In this document: piece after piece, positions 1 to 13,007 of the stretch
How positions within the stretch are numbered: the first letter of the stretch is position 1
Layout of the letters: every line of letters begins with the position of its first letter
Source: Octopus vulgaris
Taxonomy: Eukaryota
Assembly (NCBI GenBank): GCA_951406725.2
Contig: OX597815.1
Coordinates: 212,288,001 to 212,352,000 of the forward strand
Length of the DNA: 64,000 bases
Direction of reading: 5' to 3'
The notes under the pieces: model-generated
The model's database searches: none
Told to the model about the DNA's origin: nothing
The model's input: the letters and a program-made list of their open reading frames with translations, nothing else
Position numbers and translations under genes: made by a program

Positions 1-760
1 TATCTCAACAGTATCATTATCATAAGAAAAACTACAAAGGAGTAAAATGGGAACTTTGCTCAACTTAATGAAAAAAGATAACATTACAATGAACAATGAC
101 AAATTGACAATATGCAATGCGTTATTATATTGAACAACCTCAGTCAAACATCCATTTGTTACCTAGGATACTACAACATTAATAATTCTCTGCAACCTGA
201 CCTGGAAAGACTGAAACCAGTCATTAATTACCTGGTACCTGCTAATGCTAAATGATTAAAGCAACTACGAGGTTTATTTAGTTACCACTCTAAATGGGTG
301 TTTCCTTTTGTCAAAACAAATTCAAACTTTACAAAATCCTCCTTTTTTTCCATTGCAGAAATACACTTAGGCAGTATTCATTCGTTTAAAACTTTGATAG
401 CTAATGCCTCTCCCTTTTACCTGTCGAACTGAAATTCCATTACAGGTTTCCAAATGATGAAGCTCCAGAGATTACAATTTGGGGGGTCCATTCACTGTAA
501 TAAATTTGTTGCCTTCTTCTCCAGAATTCATTCTCACACTAAACAAAACCTTTTCTCATTTAGAAAAAGTGGTTACAGCCATTTCAATAAGTGTTAGGAA
601 ATGGCAAACTTTTCTACTTTACTTAAAGAGGAACTCATAGATTCATTACTGCATTGCTTATCAAGGATTCACAAAATACCAGAAAAACTAAATCTTTAAA
701 AAGAAATTTGATTTCTCTTCCAGTTCTCTAATCAGACTGTTGCATCCAATGTAATGTTTT
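1..760 (+). mobile_element. Decayed Gypsy/Ty3-type LTR retrotransposon pol remnant (RT to RNase H)
   Basis: Frame 1 starts YLNSIII (degenerate YLDDIII). From 160 it reads YLGYYNINNSLQPDLERLKPVINYLVPANAK*LKQLRGLFSYHSKWV (RT thumb), and later VAFFSR...LEK...SVRKWQ (RNase H). Stops and frameshifts are present. Confidence 0.75.
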
Positions 761-2271
761 TAATAATTAATATACTCCGATGAATTGGAACAACCCTCTC
801 CTCCGTCCTCTACCTCTTTACTCATAGAATTGATTGTCAGAGGATGAGGTTGTCCAGCAGGGGTTCACTACCAGGTAGAACAGAATCACCTCACTCATGT
901 GTGGTGCCTCAGTAAGCTACTTTCATTTCCCTGCCATGCCATCCCATGGCTACTGACTTCCAGCTGGGCTTCTTTACACAGATGGAAACAGTGTTTAGTA
1001 GAAATAATTTCTTCCTCTGTTTCAACAGCTGTCTCCTAAACTTCTGAAAAGGTCACGAGTACTGCCCTCTCTCATTCAAATAAACCATAACATTTAAGAG
1101 GGGGAAAAAGGACATTATCACAGCACTAACATATATTTGCTTTCAGTTGGTGGTGGTAACCCAGACAGGAGAAGGACGATTATGTTTCATAATGACTGGT
1201 TCAGTGCCTCACTATTCTGATTTCAAACCCTTAACTGGATCTTCTTCACTTTTCATTTTCTGAGTTTAATTAAAACTGAGTGTCAGTTCAATGTCTTATT
1301 AAAATTATGTTTGTCAAATTTTCCATGAAGTGTTGGTTTCTTTTTCACAGGGCATAAATGTGTTACGTTTCTGAGGAGGGGACTGTGACTTGCTATAAAA
1401 TAGTAGTGTAGGTAACAAAAGAAAAACTTCAACATGTCACCAGGTTATTTTAAGAAAGGCTTATATTTTCCTTTGTTTTGCTCTGTTAATATGGATTTCT
1501 TAAACAGATACAAATAATAGGGAGTAAAATTTAAACATTATATAGTGTTTGTACTTTTTCCAACCTATGAATGTTATATAATAAATGATACAAACAGGTT
1601 TCAATAAAGAACCCAAACTTATTAATATTTATTTTTCTCTTTAATGATATAATCACATTAGCTGGAAGGCAGAGCACAGGACCTTCTCAGAGACCAGCTG
1701 AAGGAAAGGAAGAGGTTATTCTTCAACCAGAGACCTTGCTGAATGCTTTCCATAAAGTGGACTTCACTAAAGTCCTCCAAAGAACAGGTAGTAATGCAAA
1801 CTGGGTGAGAGATTAAGCATCTGGCCCTAATTGAGAACTGATTTCTAGCTCTGCAGTTCATGCCACACTATTCCTTAAAATGTTAAAGCCAATAGTTTAT
1901 AAATTACACCAAGTGATAAGGTGATTAAGCAGCTGTTTCAGTCATTATCATATTAATTTATTTCCAAGAATCTTTTATCTAAGATTTATACTTCTTTTTA
2001 AATTTGATTTGAGTAGAATTTATCTTTAAAAAAAAAAAAAGGAAAAACATTTTCAACACAGCATAAGCAATGAGACAGTAACAGACTGCATGCTTCCTAA
2101 AAGTGCCAGTGGGTGGAGGTGGTCATGGGAAGATAAACAGGGTAAAGGAGGAGGTACAGTCCCCATGGCAGTGGCCACAGTGACAGCAACAACAGGGTAA
2201 TGGTGAGGAATTTGAAAGGGTAAGCAAAGAGACAAATGAATGAATGAACCTGCTGTTGGTAATAACACATA

Positions 2272-3427
2272 AAGGCAGCGAGTTGGCAGAATCGTTAGCA
2301 GGCCGGGCGAAATGCTTAGCGGTATTTAGTCTGCTGCTACGTTCTGAGTTCAAATTCTGCCGAGGTCGACTTGGCCTTTCATCCTTTCGGGGTCGATAAA
2401 TTAAGTACCAGTTATGCACTGGGGACAATGTAATCGACTTAATCCGTTTGTCTGTCCTTGTTTGTCCTCTCTGTGTTTAGCCCCTTGTGGGTTGTAAAGA
2501 AATAGCTATTTCGTCTGCCATTACGTTCTGAGTTCAAATTCCGCCGAGGTCGACTTGGCCTTTCATCCTTTCGGGGTGATAAATTAAGTACCAGTTATGC
2601 ACTGGGTTCGATGTAATCGACTTAATCCGTTTGTCTGTCCTTGTTTGTCCTCTCTGTGTTTAGCCCCTTGTGTGTTGTAAAGAAATAGCTATTTCGTCTG
2701 CCATTACGTTCTGAGTTCAAATTCCGCCGAGGTCGACTTGGCCTTTCATCCTTTCGGGGTTGATAAATTAAGTACCAGTTATGCACTGGGGTCGATGTAA
2801 TCGACTTAATCCATTTGTCTGTCCTTGTTTGTCCCCTCTGTGTTTAGCCCCTTGTGGGTTGTAAAGAAATAGCTATTTCGTCTGCCATTACGTTCTGAGT
2901 TCAAATTCCGCCGAGGTCGACTTGGCCTTTCATCCTTTCGGGGTTGATAAATTAAGTACCAGTTATGCACTGGGGACAATGTAATCGACTTAATCCGTTT
3001 GTCTGTCCTTGTTTGTCCTCTCTGTGTTTAGCCCCTTGTGTGTTGTAAAGAAATAGCTATTTCGTCTGCCATTACGTTCTGAGTTCAAATTCCGCCGAGG
3101 TCGACTTGGCCTTTCATCCTTTCGGGGTTGATAAATTAAGTACCAGTTATGCACTGGGTTCGATGTAATCGACTTAATCCGTTTGTCTGTCCTTGTTTGT
3201 CCTCTCTGTGTTTAGCCCCTTGTGGGTTGTAAAGAAATAGGTATTTCGTCTGCCGCTACGTTCTGAGTTCAAATTCCGCGGAGGTCGACTTGGCCTTTCA
3301 TCCTTTCGGGGTCGATAAATTAAGTACCAGTTATGCACTGGGGTCGATGTAATCGACGTAATCCGTTTGTCTGTCCTTGTTTGTCCCCTCTGTGTTTAGG
3401 CCCTCGTGGGTTGTACAGAAATAGGTA
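2272..3427 (+). repeat. tRNA-headed SINE (family C) expanded into six tandem 183-184 bp units
   Basis: A single head (aaggcagcgagttggcagaatcgttagc) is followed by units in register at 2324, 2508, 2691, 2875, 3059 and 3243, ending at 3427. Flanks are ggtaataacacata (2258-2271) and ggtaacaacacata (3424-3437). Confidence 0.92.
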
Positions 3428-3797
3428 ACAACACATACAGAAGAGCAGAGTGGATACATCCAAGCAAGTACAGTTCCTGCTGGACCACGAGACAGAGGGT
3501 GAGAACAGCAGCAAATGTAGGGGTACTCACAAGCAGAGGGACGAGTTGACAGTGGCAGAATAGCAAGAACTCATCAACCGTATAGTGTCTGAAGGCATAT
3601 ATCCACATCAACAAAGACAAAATAGAAGAGTGCAATGAGAATGACCCTTCCATGTCAACTTTGTCTCAACTCAAAAACGACATGCTGTTAGTGTCCAACC
3701 CTCACATTAGCCCCCATTACATGAACCTTGTAATCAAAGATGCTCCAGCCTTCATCATCCCCTTCGTCATTTTATATTTTGGAGCACAATGTAACCC

Positions 3798-4064
3798 GTG
3801 GAGGCGTGTGGCTTAGTGGTTAGGGTGTCAGCATCATGATCGTAAGATTGTGGTTTCGATTCCTGGACCGGGCGATGCGTTGTGTTCTTGAGCAAAACGC
3901 TTCATTTCACGTTGCTCCAGTCCACTCAGCTGGCAAAAATGAGTAACGCTGCGATGGACTGGCATCCCGTCCAGCTGGGGAACACATACGCCATAGAAAC
4001 TGGTAAACCGAGCCCATGAGCCTGGCTAGGCTTTAAAAAGGGCGCATTTATTTTTTTATTTAAT
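3798..4064 (+). mobile_element. Full-length tRNA-derived SINE (family E) with 12-bp target-site duplication
   Basis: A box-like tggcttagtgg, B box-like ggtttcgattcc, T-rich tail. TSD acaatgtaaccc at 3786-3797 and 4065-4076. Related decayed minus-strand copies lie near 5460-5690 and 8905-9148. Confidence 0.88.
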
Positions 4065-4634
4065 ACAATGTAACCCAGGCTACATCGTCTAATGTGTCCT
4101 TATTTTTGTGTAATCAGTAGGGTATGATTTTTTTAAAGAAATGCAGCTATTTCTGACTGATCAAGCAACAACTTAAAGGAAAAGTGCATAAATAGACTAA
4201 GATGAACTGCACACTGGTAACAGATGCATGCAATTTAATGAACCTAGGTCTGAATGTAGCACATAGTAAAGAGGATTGATTTTCAGGCAGCAGGTTGATA
4301 TTTTAAAAATTAAACGTTTTGTGTGTCTGTGTGTAAATATATATATATGTATGTAGGTATGTATGTATGTGCGTGTGAGTATATATGTGTGTGTGTGTGT
4401 GTGTGCATGTGTACATACATATGTGTGTGTGTATCAAGGCAGATATAGCTTTGCATAGACATACAAATGACAAAATCTGTATAAATATGTATTGGAAAGC
4501 CTGTTTTCTGCAAAAGTAGGAATGTATCAATAATAAAAAAAAAATTCTAACATAACTGAGTATTCCTCTCTCTCTTTCTCTCTCTCTCTCTTTCTCGGGA
4601 GGGGGGTAGTAGAAAAGTAATAACAAAGTGCATA

Positions 4635-5040
4635 TGTTGCTATTTAGCTCATGTCAGCCTGCAATGAGCAGTACTATGATCAAAGACATTCCAGCTGTGG
4701 CCTTCCTATCTTTATTCAAAACCACATTATCAGTGTCCTTTTCTCTTTTAAGACAGTACGGTATAATGGGAGAGAATTTCACTGCTATTTCTAGCAGTTT
4801 AAGCAACCTTGTAGAAGCGCATTCTCAAATTGGTTAATGTTCTTTGATGTTACTGCTGTTTAACTTCAAATCAGCCCCAATGAGGTATCACTATGATCAG
4901 AAGTTATCCAACCATGACCATCTCACCCTTTTTAAAGGTATTTAGAACTATTCTGTCTAAAGACTAGTTTCCTAAAGCAGCAGTGCATCATTTGGAGGGA
5001 ATTTGGCTGCTATTCCTAGCAGAATCAATGACTGGCTCAA
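4635..5040 (+). repeat. Two tandem diverged copies of an old ~200-bp dispersed repeat
   Basis: Both halves share gctatttag/gctgtttaac...ctatgatca...ttt-ctgctatt-ctagcag. Related sequence surrounds the SINE at 3720-4170 and is inverted near 18900-19070. Confidence 0.55.
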
Positions 5041-5703
5041 AAATGTGTATGTTGTGTATCCATGCACACACACACACACACATAGTTTTTCACTTGTTTC
5101 AGTCATTAGACTGTGGCCAAGCTGGGGCACTGCCTTGAAGAATTTTAGTCGAAATTGACAACCCCAGTACTTATATTTTTCTAAAATCTGGTACTTATTC
5201 TATCGGTCTCTTCTGCTAAACCACTAGATCATGGGAGTGTAAACACACCGACACCAGTTGCCAAGCAGTTGTAAAGTTAAACACAGACACAAGCACACAC
5301 ATATATATATAAATATATATGTATATATATATATACACAAAGGGGTTCTTTCGGTTTCTGTCTACCGAATCCTGTCACAAGGTCTTGGCCAGCCTGAGGC
5401 TATAGTAGAAGACACTTGCCCAAGGTGCCACAGTGGGACATATATATATATATATATATCCCTGTATCAGTCAGTCTATCAGATGTTTACCTTGCTAGTT
5501 ACAATGCACTTCCTTGCATTGTTTTAGCTTTCAAATGGTGCCACCCCATTGGCTAGCCAGACACCCCAACATTCCACAGGACACACAAGTCCATCACAGG
5601 GTTACCCACTTGCAGCACAGTGGACTGGAGCAACATGGGATGAAGTACCTTGCTCAAGAACACAATGCACCAATGGTCTGGGAATCAAAAGGGATTAAAT
5701 ATA

Positions 5704-6092
5704 GGCGCAGGAGTGGCTGTGTGGTAAGTAGCTTGCTAACCAATCACATGGTTCCAGGTTCAGTCCCACTGCGTGGCATCTTGGGCAAGTGTCTTCTGCT
5801 ATAGCCTCGGGCCGACCAATGCCTAGTAAGTGGATTTGGTAGACGGAAACTGAAAGAAGCCTGTCGTATATATGTATATATATATGTATGTGTGTGTGTG
5901 CCTGTGTCTGTCCCCCTAGCATTGCTTGACAACCGATGCTGGTGTGTTTACGTCCCCATAACTTAGCGGTTCGGCAAAAGAGACCGATAGAATAAGTACT
6001 GGGCTTACAAAGAATAAGTCCCGGGGTCGATTTGCTCAACTAAAGGCGGTGCTCCAGCATGGCCACAGTCAAATGACTGAAACAAGTAAAAG
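5704..6092 (+). mobile_element. Full-length SINE family A (tRNA-like head, internal TA/TG microsatellite, 3' tail ...gactgaaacaagtaaaag)
   Basis: ggcgcaggagtggctgtgtggtaag...ggttcagtccc head. Near-identical to copies at 10739-11144, 56011-56409, 59248-59689, 60178-60572 and 61441-61833. Confidence 0.9.
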
Positions 6093-6457
6093 AAAAAGAA
6101 GAAAAAAAACAAATTTGAAAGATCAAATTGAATGACCAAGTTTCAATTGAATCTCATATGATATATATTCAAATACAGTAATTTATATTAAAATTTTAAT
6201 GAGTCTCTCTTAGGTTCATTGTAGATATGTACTGAAGAACACACACACAAACAGAATTTTCCAAATTTAACAAAGAAAGATAGGGAAAGCTAACAAGTGC
6301 ACACAACATTTTCATTTCGTCAACAATGAACCAAAAATGCCTTCTATTTCACTTCTACACAATTAGCAAAATAACACAATTTTAATACCAAAAGGAAAAA
6401 AGAAAGAAAAAACATGGTATGTTAAAAACAAAAATAAAGTAAATTACATACTTTAAA

Positions 6458-6858
6458 TGTTCTTTTCTACTCTAGGAACAAGGCCCAAAATTTTTGGGGA
6501 GGAGCCACTCGATTAGATCGGCCCCAGTACACAACTGGTACTTAATTTATTGACCCCGAAAGGGTGAAAAGCTAAAGTCGACCTCAGCAGAATTTGAACT
6601 CAGAACGTAAAGACAGACAAAATACCTATTTCTTTACTACCCACAAGGGGCTAAACACAGAGAGGACAAACAAGGACAGACAAACAGATTAAGTCGATTA
6701 TATCGACCCCAGTGCATAACTGGTACTTATTTAATCAACTCTGAAGGGATGAAAGGCAAAGTCGACCTCGGCGGAATTTGAACTCAGAACGTAGCGGCAG
6801 ACGAAATACCGCTAAGCATTTTTCCCAGCATGCTCACGTTTCTGCCAGTTCGGTGCCT
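6458..6858 (-). mobile_element. SINE family C copy with an internal duplication
   Basis: Reverse complement of the 2272-3427 unit. The gtcgacctc-gc-gaatttgaactcagaacgta block occurs twice, about 184 bp apart. Confidence 0.85.
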
Positions 6859-7467
6859 TACATACTTTAGATATTAATAGAGTTACTTCAGTGGCTAACA
6901 CAGTTTTATCATACAGTCAAATACCAAGCATTCTAATTGGACAGAACAAAGTATATAATTGAATAATAACTTCCTCGAGCCTGCATTCTATCAACCGTGG
7001 TGTATTTCAGGGTTTATATCCTGTACAGTTAAAAAAATATCACTGTTACTTTAAATCTCACTTCTTTGCTAACGATACTACCTGGCACTCCTCCTTAACA
7101 GGTACAGGTATCATCAAACCCTTTAGCACTCAGATTATACTGTCAAATGTAATGTTTGTTTACCCAATTTCTTTTGAATGAACCATGTATATATATATAT
7201 CTTGTAGCTTTGTAATTTTGATGATGTGATTGTTTATATTAACAACAACATTACAGGGGGTAGTGTGAGAGGTTGGATCTGGCTGGTTCAAATATCAAAC
7301 AGGTAGAATATTTGGGCCGGATATGGCCTGTTTAAATGCCAAGTGTATAAGCTATCTATATATACTGCTCTTATTTCATTGAATCACATCCAAACTACTT
7401 CATTGGTCTGGAATGGATTTAAGCAAGGCTAAACCACAAAAACTCAGAGACTGCAACTATTTTTCAC

Positions 7468-7900
7468 TCATCATCATCATCATCATCGTCGTTTAACGTC
7501 CGTTCTCCATGCTAGCATGGGTTGGACGGTTCGACCGGGGATCTGGGAAGCCAGAAGGCTGCACCAGGCTCCAGTCTTATCTGGCGGTGTTTCTACAGCT
7601 GGATGCCCTTCCTAACGCCAACCACTCCGTGAGTGTAGTGGGTGCTTTTTACGTGCCACCTGCACAGGTGCCAGGCGAGGCTGGCAACGGCCACGGTCGG
7701 ATTGGTGTATTTTATGTGCCACCGGCACGGAAGCCAGACGAGGCGGTGCTGGCATCAGCCACGAGTCGGATGGTGCTTTTTACGTACCACCAGACCAGGG
7801 ATCCTGGCTGGTTCAATTCGATTTCGATTTCGCTTGCCCCAACATGTCTTCGCAAGCAAGGGGGTTGGCATGGGTGCCTGTTGTACGGTCAGATTGGTGT
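7468..7900 (-). mobile_element. (GAT)n-tailed retroposon 3' end (family B, RTE-like LINE 3' UTR or derived SINE)
   Basis: (cat)n-cgtttaacgtccg...ggatgcccttcctaacgccaaccactcc plus internal ~60-bp subrepeats. Other copies at 8574-8665, 11580-11937, 13007-13310, 13730-14060, 21570-21742, 25770-26346, 38310-38505, 50162-51008 and 56680-57073. Confidence 0.85.
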
Positions 7901-8424
7901 ATTTTACTCAATTAATTACAATTGCCAGGCCAACAACTAATTTTGTGGTGACTATATTACCATCATTATTTTAATGTTCACTTTTCTTATGTTCATAGGG
8001 GTGGAACAGAATTTGGTGAGGATGATTATCTTCAAACAGATATCTTCCGGTTGCCAACCCTGGCCAGCTTCAAAGTAAATAAAAAATTTCTCCATAGATG
8101 GACATGTTTCCATGAGAAGATTGGAAATGAAAGATGCCACCTCTGATGATGGCACTCATCTACAATAATCAGGTGATGTCAAGTGATATCAGACATCCTT
8201 GTATCTATGTATGTATGTATGTATGTATGATGTATGTATGTATGTGTATGTGTATGTATGTATGTATGTATTTAAAAATAGGATAAAATCTTTATAAGAA
8301 TTTATCAAGTAGTTAGCGTGAAAAACCTCATAAGAGAAAAATCCACCAATTATTTGACCTCGTGTGTACCGTTGGCGATTTTTTTTCCTCTGTCTTCCCT
8401 TCTCTGGATCTTTCCTTCTCCTAT

Positions 8425-8459
8425 GTTTCCGACGAAGAGCTCCGCTCGAAACGTTAAAC
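8425..8459 (+). ncRNA. Minimal type-I hammerhead ribozyme-like motif (variant core) in a Penelope-like terminal-repeat remnant (~8274-8560)
   Basis: gttt [ccgacga] a gagc-tcc-gctc [gaa] ac-gt t aaac. Stem I gttt/aaac, stem II gagc/gctc, palindromic stem III acgt. The element is flanked by (TATG)n and (TA)n. Confidence 0.65.
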
Positions 8460-9270
8460 CCTCCTTCTTTCCTTCTTTCCTGAGCGTCCAATAATACTAT
8501 ATTTGTTCCACGTCCTCGCGTTGTTGTGTTTTTTTGTGTTTTCTTGTTTGGATTAACTTTATATACATATATATCATCATCGTTTAGCGTCCGCTTTCCA
8601 TGCTAGCATGGGTTGGACGGGTCAACTGGGGTCTGTGAAGCTGGAAGGCTTCGTCAGGCCCAGATGAAATTAACTGTGTAATAGTCAATACAAAAGGCAT
8701 TCCATCCAATGAGTGCTCAAGACTACTAAACATTTCAACTATGATGCTACTAATAGTTTCCCATACATTCATCAGGCAATTGATGCCTGGTGAATGTATG
8801 TGTGATAAGTACATGTAGCTGTAACATTTAGTAATATGTGAGCATGCACACACACACACACACAAAATGGGCTCTTTTCAGTTTCCATCTACTAAATCCT
8901 ACCATAAGGGTTCGATTTAGCTAAGTTACCAACCTTCTCAAGTCATACAGACTCATAAGGGACAACAGTTTCCCAGTTTCCATGGCATATATATTCCCCA
9001 CTTGGACAGGACCCCGATCCGTCGCAGGATTACTCACTTTTGCCAGCTGAGTGGACCGGAGCAACGTGAAAATAAAGTGTTCTGCTCAAGAACATGATGC
9101 GTCACCTGGTCCAAGACACCCTGACCATAAAGCCACATGTCTCCACAAGGCTTTGATTGGCTCACGGCTATACTTGAATACCCTTACCCAAACTGCCACA
9201 CAATGGGACTGAACCTAGAATCAAGTGATTGGGAAGCAAGCCTCTAAACCACACAGCCATACCTGTGCCA

Positions 9271-9307
<37 letters not shown>

Positions 9308-9406
9308 TCAGCAACAATTTAGATTTGAATGAATATGGTACTTAATTTAGATGCACCTGGATTTTGTATGGTGTTATCCATAAAAATTTTCGAGGTGATT
9401 ATAATA

Positions 9407-9754
9407 AAAAATAAGCAACAAGAATGACTCCGGTAATTTGGTACAATTGTTTCGCACTACAACATTTTATTAAAAATTGTAAGTTTTACAACAGATTTAA
9501 GATCCTGAGTGCTCATCTGACTTCACAACCCCATATGTTCTTAAAATTTAAATCTACATCTTTATCTGTATATCTACCTTCTCTATAATGTTACTACTTG
9601 ATTTGAAAGCCTTTGTATTATTGGAAAACCTATATAATTGGCTGATGAGCACTCAGCATCTTAAATCTGCTGTAATACTTACAACTTTTAATAAAATGAT
9701 GTAGTGCGAAACAATTGTACCAAATTACCAGAGTCATTCTTGTTGCTTATTTTT
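9407..9754. mobile_element. Fold-back element (~110-bp inverted arms), Penelope-like pseudo-LTR remnant
   Basis: 9407-9517 is the reverse complement of 9644-9754 with scattered mismatches. It contains the hammerhead and is followed by (TACA)n(TA)n. Confidence 0.75.
9638..9723 (+). ncRNA. Type-I hammerhead ribozyme motif with canonical core
   Basis: ttgg [ctgatga] gcact...agtgc [gaa] acaattgt a ccaa. Stem I ttgg/ccaa, stem II gcact/agtgc, palindromic stem III acaattgt, GUA cleavage triplet (cut after 9719). Confidence 0.8.
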
Positions 9755-9759
9755 GATAC

Positions 9760-9805
<46 letters not shown>

Positions 9806-10070
9806 ATCCATAACAATACTAAAACTGAATTCTAAATGCTAAGCACTTTTTCCAGAGCCTGAAACTATTTCAGCCTTGACTAGTTCTTGATCCCACAAGA
9901 GTCCATGTCTCAGTCACATGGTTCAACCCCTCCTTTTTGAACTAAACAATAATTAAATAAAAACAAAATGAATTGAAATTCAAAGTCCCAGACAAAAAAA
10001 ACACACAATGAATTAAATTGCATAGTCACACATATCTGGGATAGTTTTCCTATTACACATGCATAGACAT

Positions 10071-10116
<46 letters not shown>

Positions 10117-10203
10117 AAACACACACACAAACACACTAGATGACAGCTATAAATAGGCCCATGTGATGACAATTAATGCAAAGACATGCCACTTACTCAC
10201 TCT

Positions 10204-10247
<44 letters not shown>

Positions 10248-10607
10248 CATACCACTACTACAAAAGCTTCCGATTGTTTGAACTACAAAGTCATGGACTG
10301 CCCTTATCTTAGGTCAACAAATGACCCAGTCTTGTAGTCTTTCATTATCCTTACTGTGTCTCTAAACCCTACACTAAATGCTTTTCTCATTTCTTATCCT
10401 TCTCTAGAACTCTTTTACTGCTGACATCACCCTCAGCAGGCACCAGAGCCCCAGAAGCTGATAGTTGGGGCCCTGGCTAATCTTAGAACACCCCAAACAC
10501 ATTTTTCCCCAACTCACTCATTTCTCCTCTTTTTGTTACCCATATTGTATCTCCACCACTTGCCTAGTTCTTCCTCTTCAGGTTTATATATAAACATGTG
10601 TTTGCAT

Positions 10608-10643
<36 letters not shown>

Positions 10644-10738
10644 TATATACACTGTTATAGAAATTACTACAAAAACTGCCCTTAACACTTTCTTGGAAAC
10701 ATTTTAAAAGAAATTGTACAGTTCTTATGTGTCAGCTG

Positions 10739-10955
10739 ATACTCTTTTTACTCTGTTACTTGTTTCAGTCATTTGATTGCGGCCATGCTGGAGCACCGCC
10801 TTTCGTCGAGCAAATCGACCCCGGGACTTATTCTTTGTAAGCCCAGTACTTATTCGATTGGTCTCTTTTGCCAAACCGCTAAGTGACGGGGACGTAAACA
10901 CACCAGCATCGGTTGTCAAGCGATGCTAGGGGGACAAACACAGACACACAAACAT

Positions 10956-10999
<44 letters not shown>

Positions 11000-11144
11000 G
11001 ACGGGCTTCTTTCAGTTTCCGTCTACCAAATCCACTCACAAGGCTATAGCAGAATACACTTGCCCAAGGTGCCACGCAGTCGGACTGAACCCAGAACCAT
11101 GTGGTTGGTAAGCAAGCTACTTATCCCACAGCCACTCCTGCGCC
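10739..11144 (-). mobile_element. SINE family A copy
   Basis: Reverse complement of 5704-6092 with a short internal deletion. Confidence 0.88.
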
Positions 11145-12965
11145 TGATCTTGAAAATAATTAAGAATTTGGATGGACTTAGTAAAATAACTAACTTGTTC
11201 ATTAATTACTGTATTAAGCCAGTATTTGGAACATAACAATAAAAATTCCAGTGTCAAATTATAATTGGTGGTTTTAAATTAAGTATGAATATCTTAAAGC
11301 AGACAGTTTTATATGATAGAGGAAGGAGCTGTCTGACACAGATCAGTATCAGAAGAGTTAATTCATACTCAACTACATTAAACCAAAAAAAGGTAATATT
11401 TGTTGATGTGATCTTAATGTACAAAAGAAAATATGGAATGGTCATGGTTGGAACAACAGTGATCTCAGTTCTATTAAATCAGGACTGACTTGAGGCGAAA
11501 CAACACTAACTCACAACACAGGAAGTTGAATCTAATATTATCATAAGGTGCAGCAATATCAGATGAAGGTCAACAGGGAAACTAGCTCTGGTATGTGGCT
11601 GAATTCCTTTTGAGCATTGGGCCTCCTGGAGGCAAACTGGCTGAGTTCCTTTCAAGGGTTGGGCTTCATGGAGGCAATGACCGAGTCCTTTGGCATTACG
11701 TGGTGCTTCAGAAGAAGACACATCAAGCCGAGCAAAATTACAATCAAAGCAGATACCAGTGTCACACAAATGGCACCCATTACACTCTTGGAGTGGTTGG
11801 CATTAGGAAGGGCATTCAGCTGCAGAAAACCATGCCAAATCAGACTGGAGTTTTATGCAATGCCAGCCCAGTCAAACCATCCAACCCATGCCAGCATGGA
11901 CAACGGACATTAAATGATGATGATGATGATGATGATTTTCAAACGTTCAAATATATTTAACTGGTTGTTGTATTTTTCGTTCCCATTCATTAAATTGTGA
12001 AAATCACAATCAAAACAAATAAATATCAATAACAGACACCCTGAAAAAGATGGCATTTATTTAAACACCCTAAGTACAAGCAGTTCTACTTCAGCTGAAA
12101 TAACAGCAGAAGTTGCTGCTGCTACTACAACTGCTACTACTACTGTTCCTTTCTGTTCAGCAGTGACTGGTACTTTTAAGATGAAAAAAAAAAAAAAGGG
12201 CACTAAGAGAGTTATCCTTTCTTCCTTCCCCCCTCCTACCACAAAACAGTCTACACTACTCTGAGTTGAGTTCCATTAGTAAATTCCTTCTTCTGACAAT
12301 TCCATGCAAAACTGTATTTAAAAGCAGCATCATTCATTGTGAGTGAATGAGTATGCATGAATGAGTGTATGCATGAATGAGTGAACGAATGATGATTATG
12401 ATGGAACAATTATCATCATTATTATTTATTGCTGTCGTTATTGTTGCTGCTGCTGTTGTTGTTGTTGTTGAGTTCTTCTATTAATATTATTTAGAAATGA
12501 ATATAAATTGACGGAGGGAGTCTTGGAGAATCAAATGAATTCTAAAGTAGGAACACTTTTGTAATCAATTCTAAAGAACTGATAAAAGATGATTCTAGAT
12601 CCGAATGCTATTTCTAAAATTACGTTTCCAACCAGTCACTCACAAAACACATTTAACCATCAGATTGATTAAATTATTGGATATTACTCGAGAGTTGGAG
12701 GTTTCCATTTTTGTTGCTGTTGTTGTTATTAAAATTTTTTATGTAGAATTATAGGGCTTATTTTAACCGATTCAAGAATATGTATATGTACAGGTGTAAG
12801 TTTGCATATACATGCATGTGTGCACATACATACATTATACACACACACATATATAGACACCACACACATTATATATGAGTGTGTATGTATGTGTGCGTTA
12901 TATATTTTCTTGTATATACAGTAGTACCTCGGTTTTCAAGCACCTCTGATCACAGATGAATTATG

Positions 12966-13006
<41 letters not shown>

Positions 13007-13007
<1 letters not shown>

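Noticed and set aside
2272-3427. CRISPR-like array
   Set aside because: Units are near-identical over their full 184 bp with no unique spacers; it is a SINE body in eukaryotic DNA.
3798-3870. tRNA gene
   Set aside because: A and B boxes are present but there is no full cloverleaf; it continues into a SINE body with a TSD.
7509-7974. Recurring ORFs such as MLAWVGRF... and ...EDTCPRCHAVGLN...
   Set aside because: Chance translations of family B and family A repeats; frames are not conserved between copies.
8143-8190. CTGATGA hammerhead core
   Set aside because: No downstream GAAA or closing stems found.
12057-12620. Possible terminal exons (hydrophobic ORF 12057-12242; NSFDSPRLPPSIYIHF*; FCMELSEEGIY*)
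   Set aside because: Low-complexity sequence with several equally weak alternatives; none can be preferred without transcripts.
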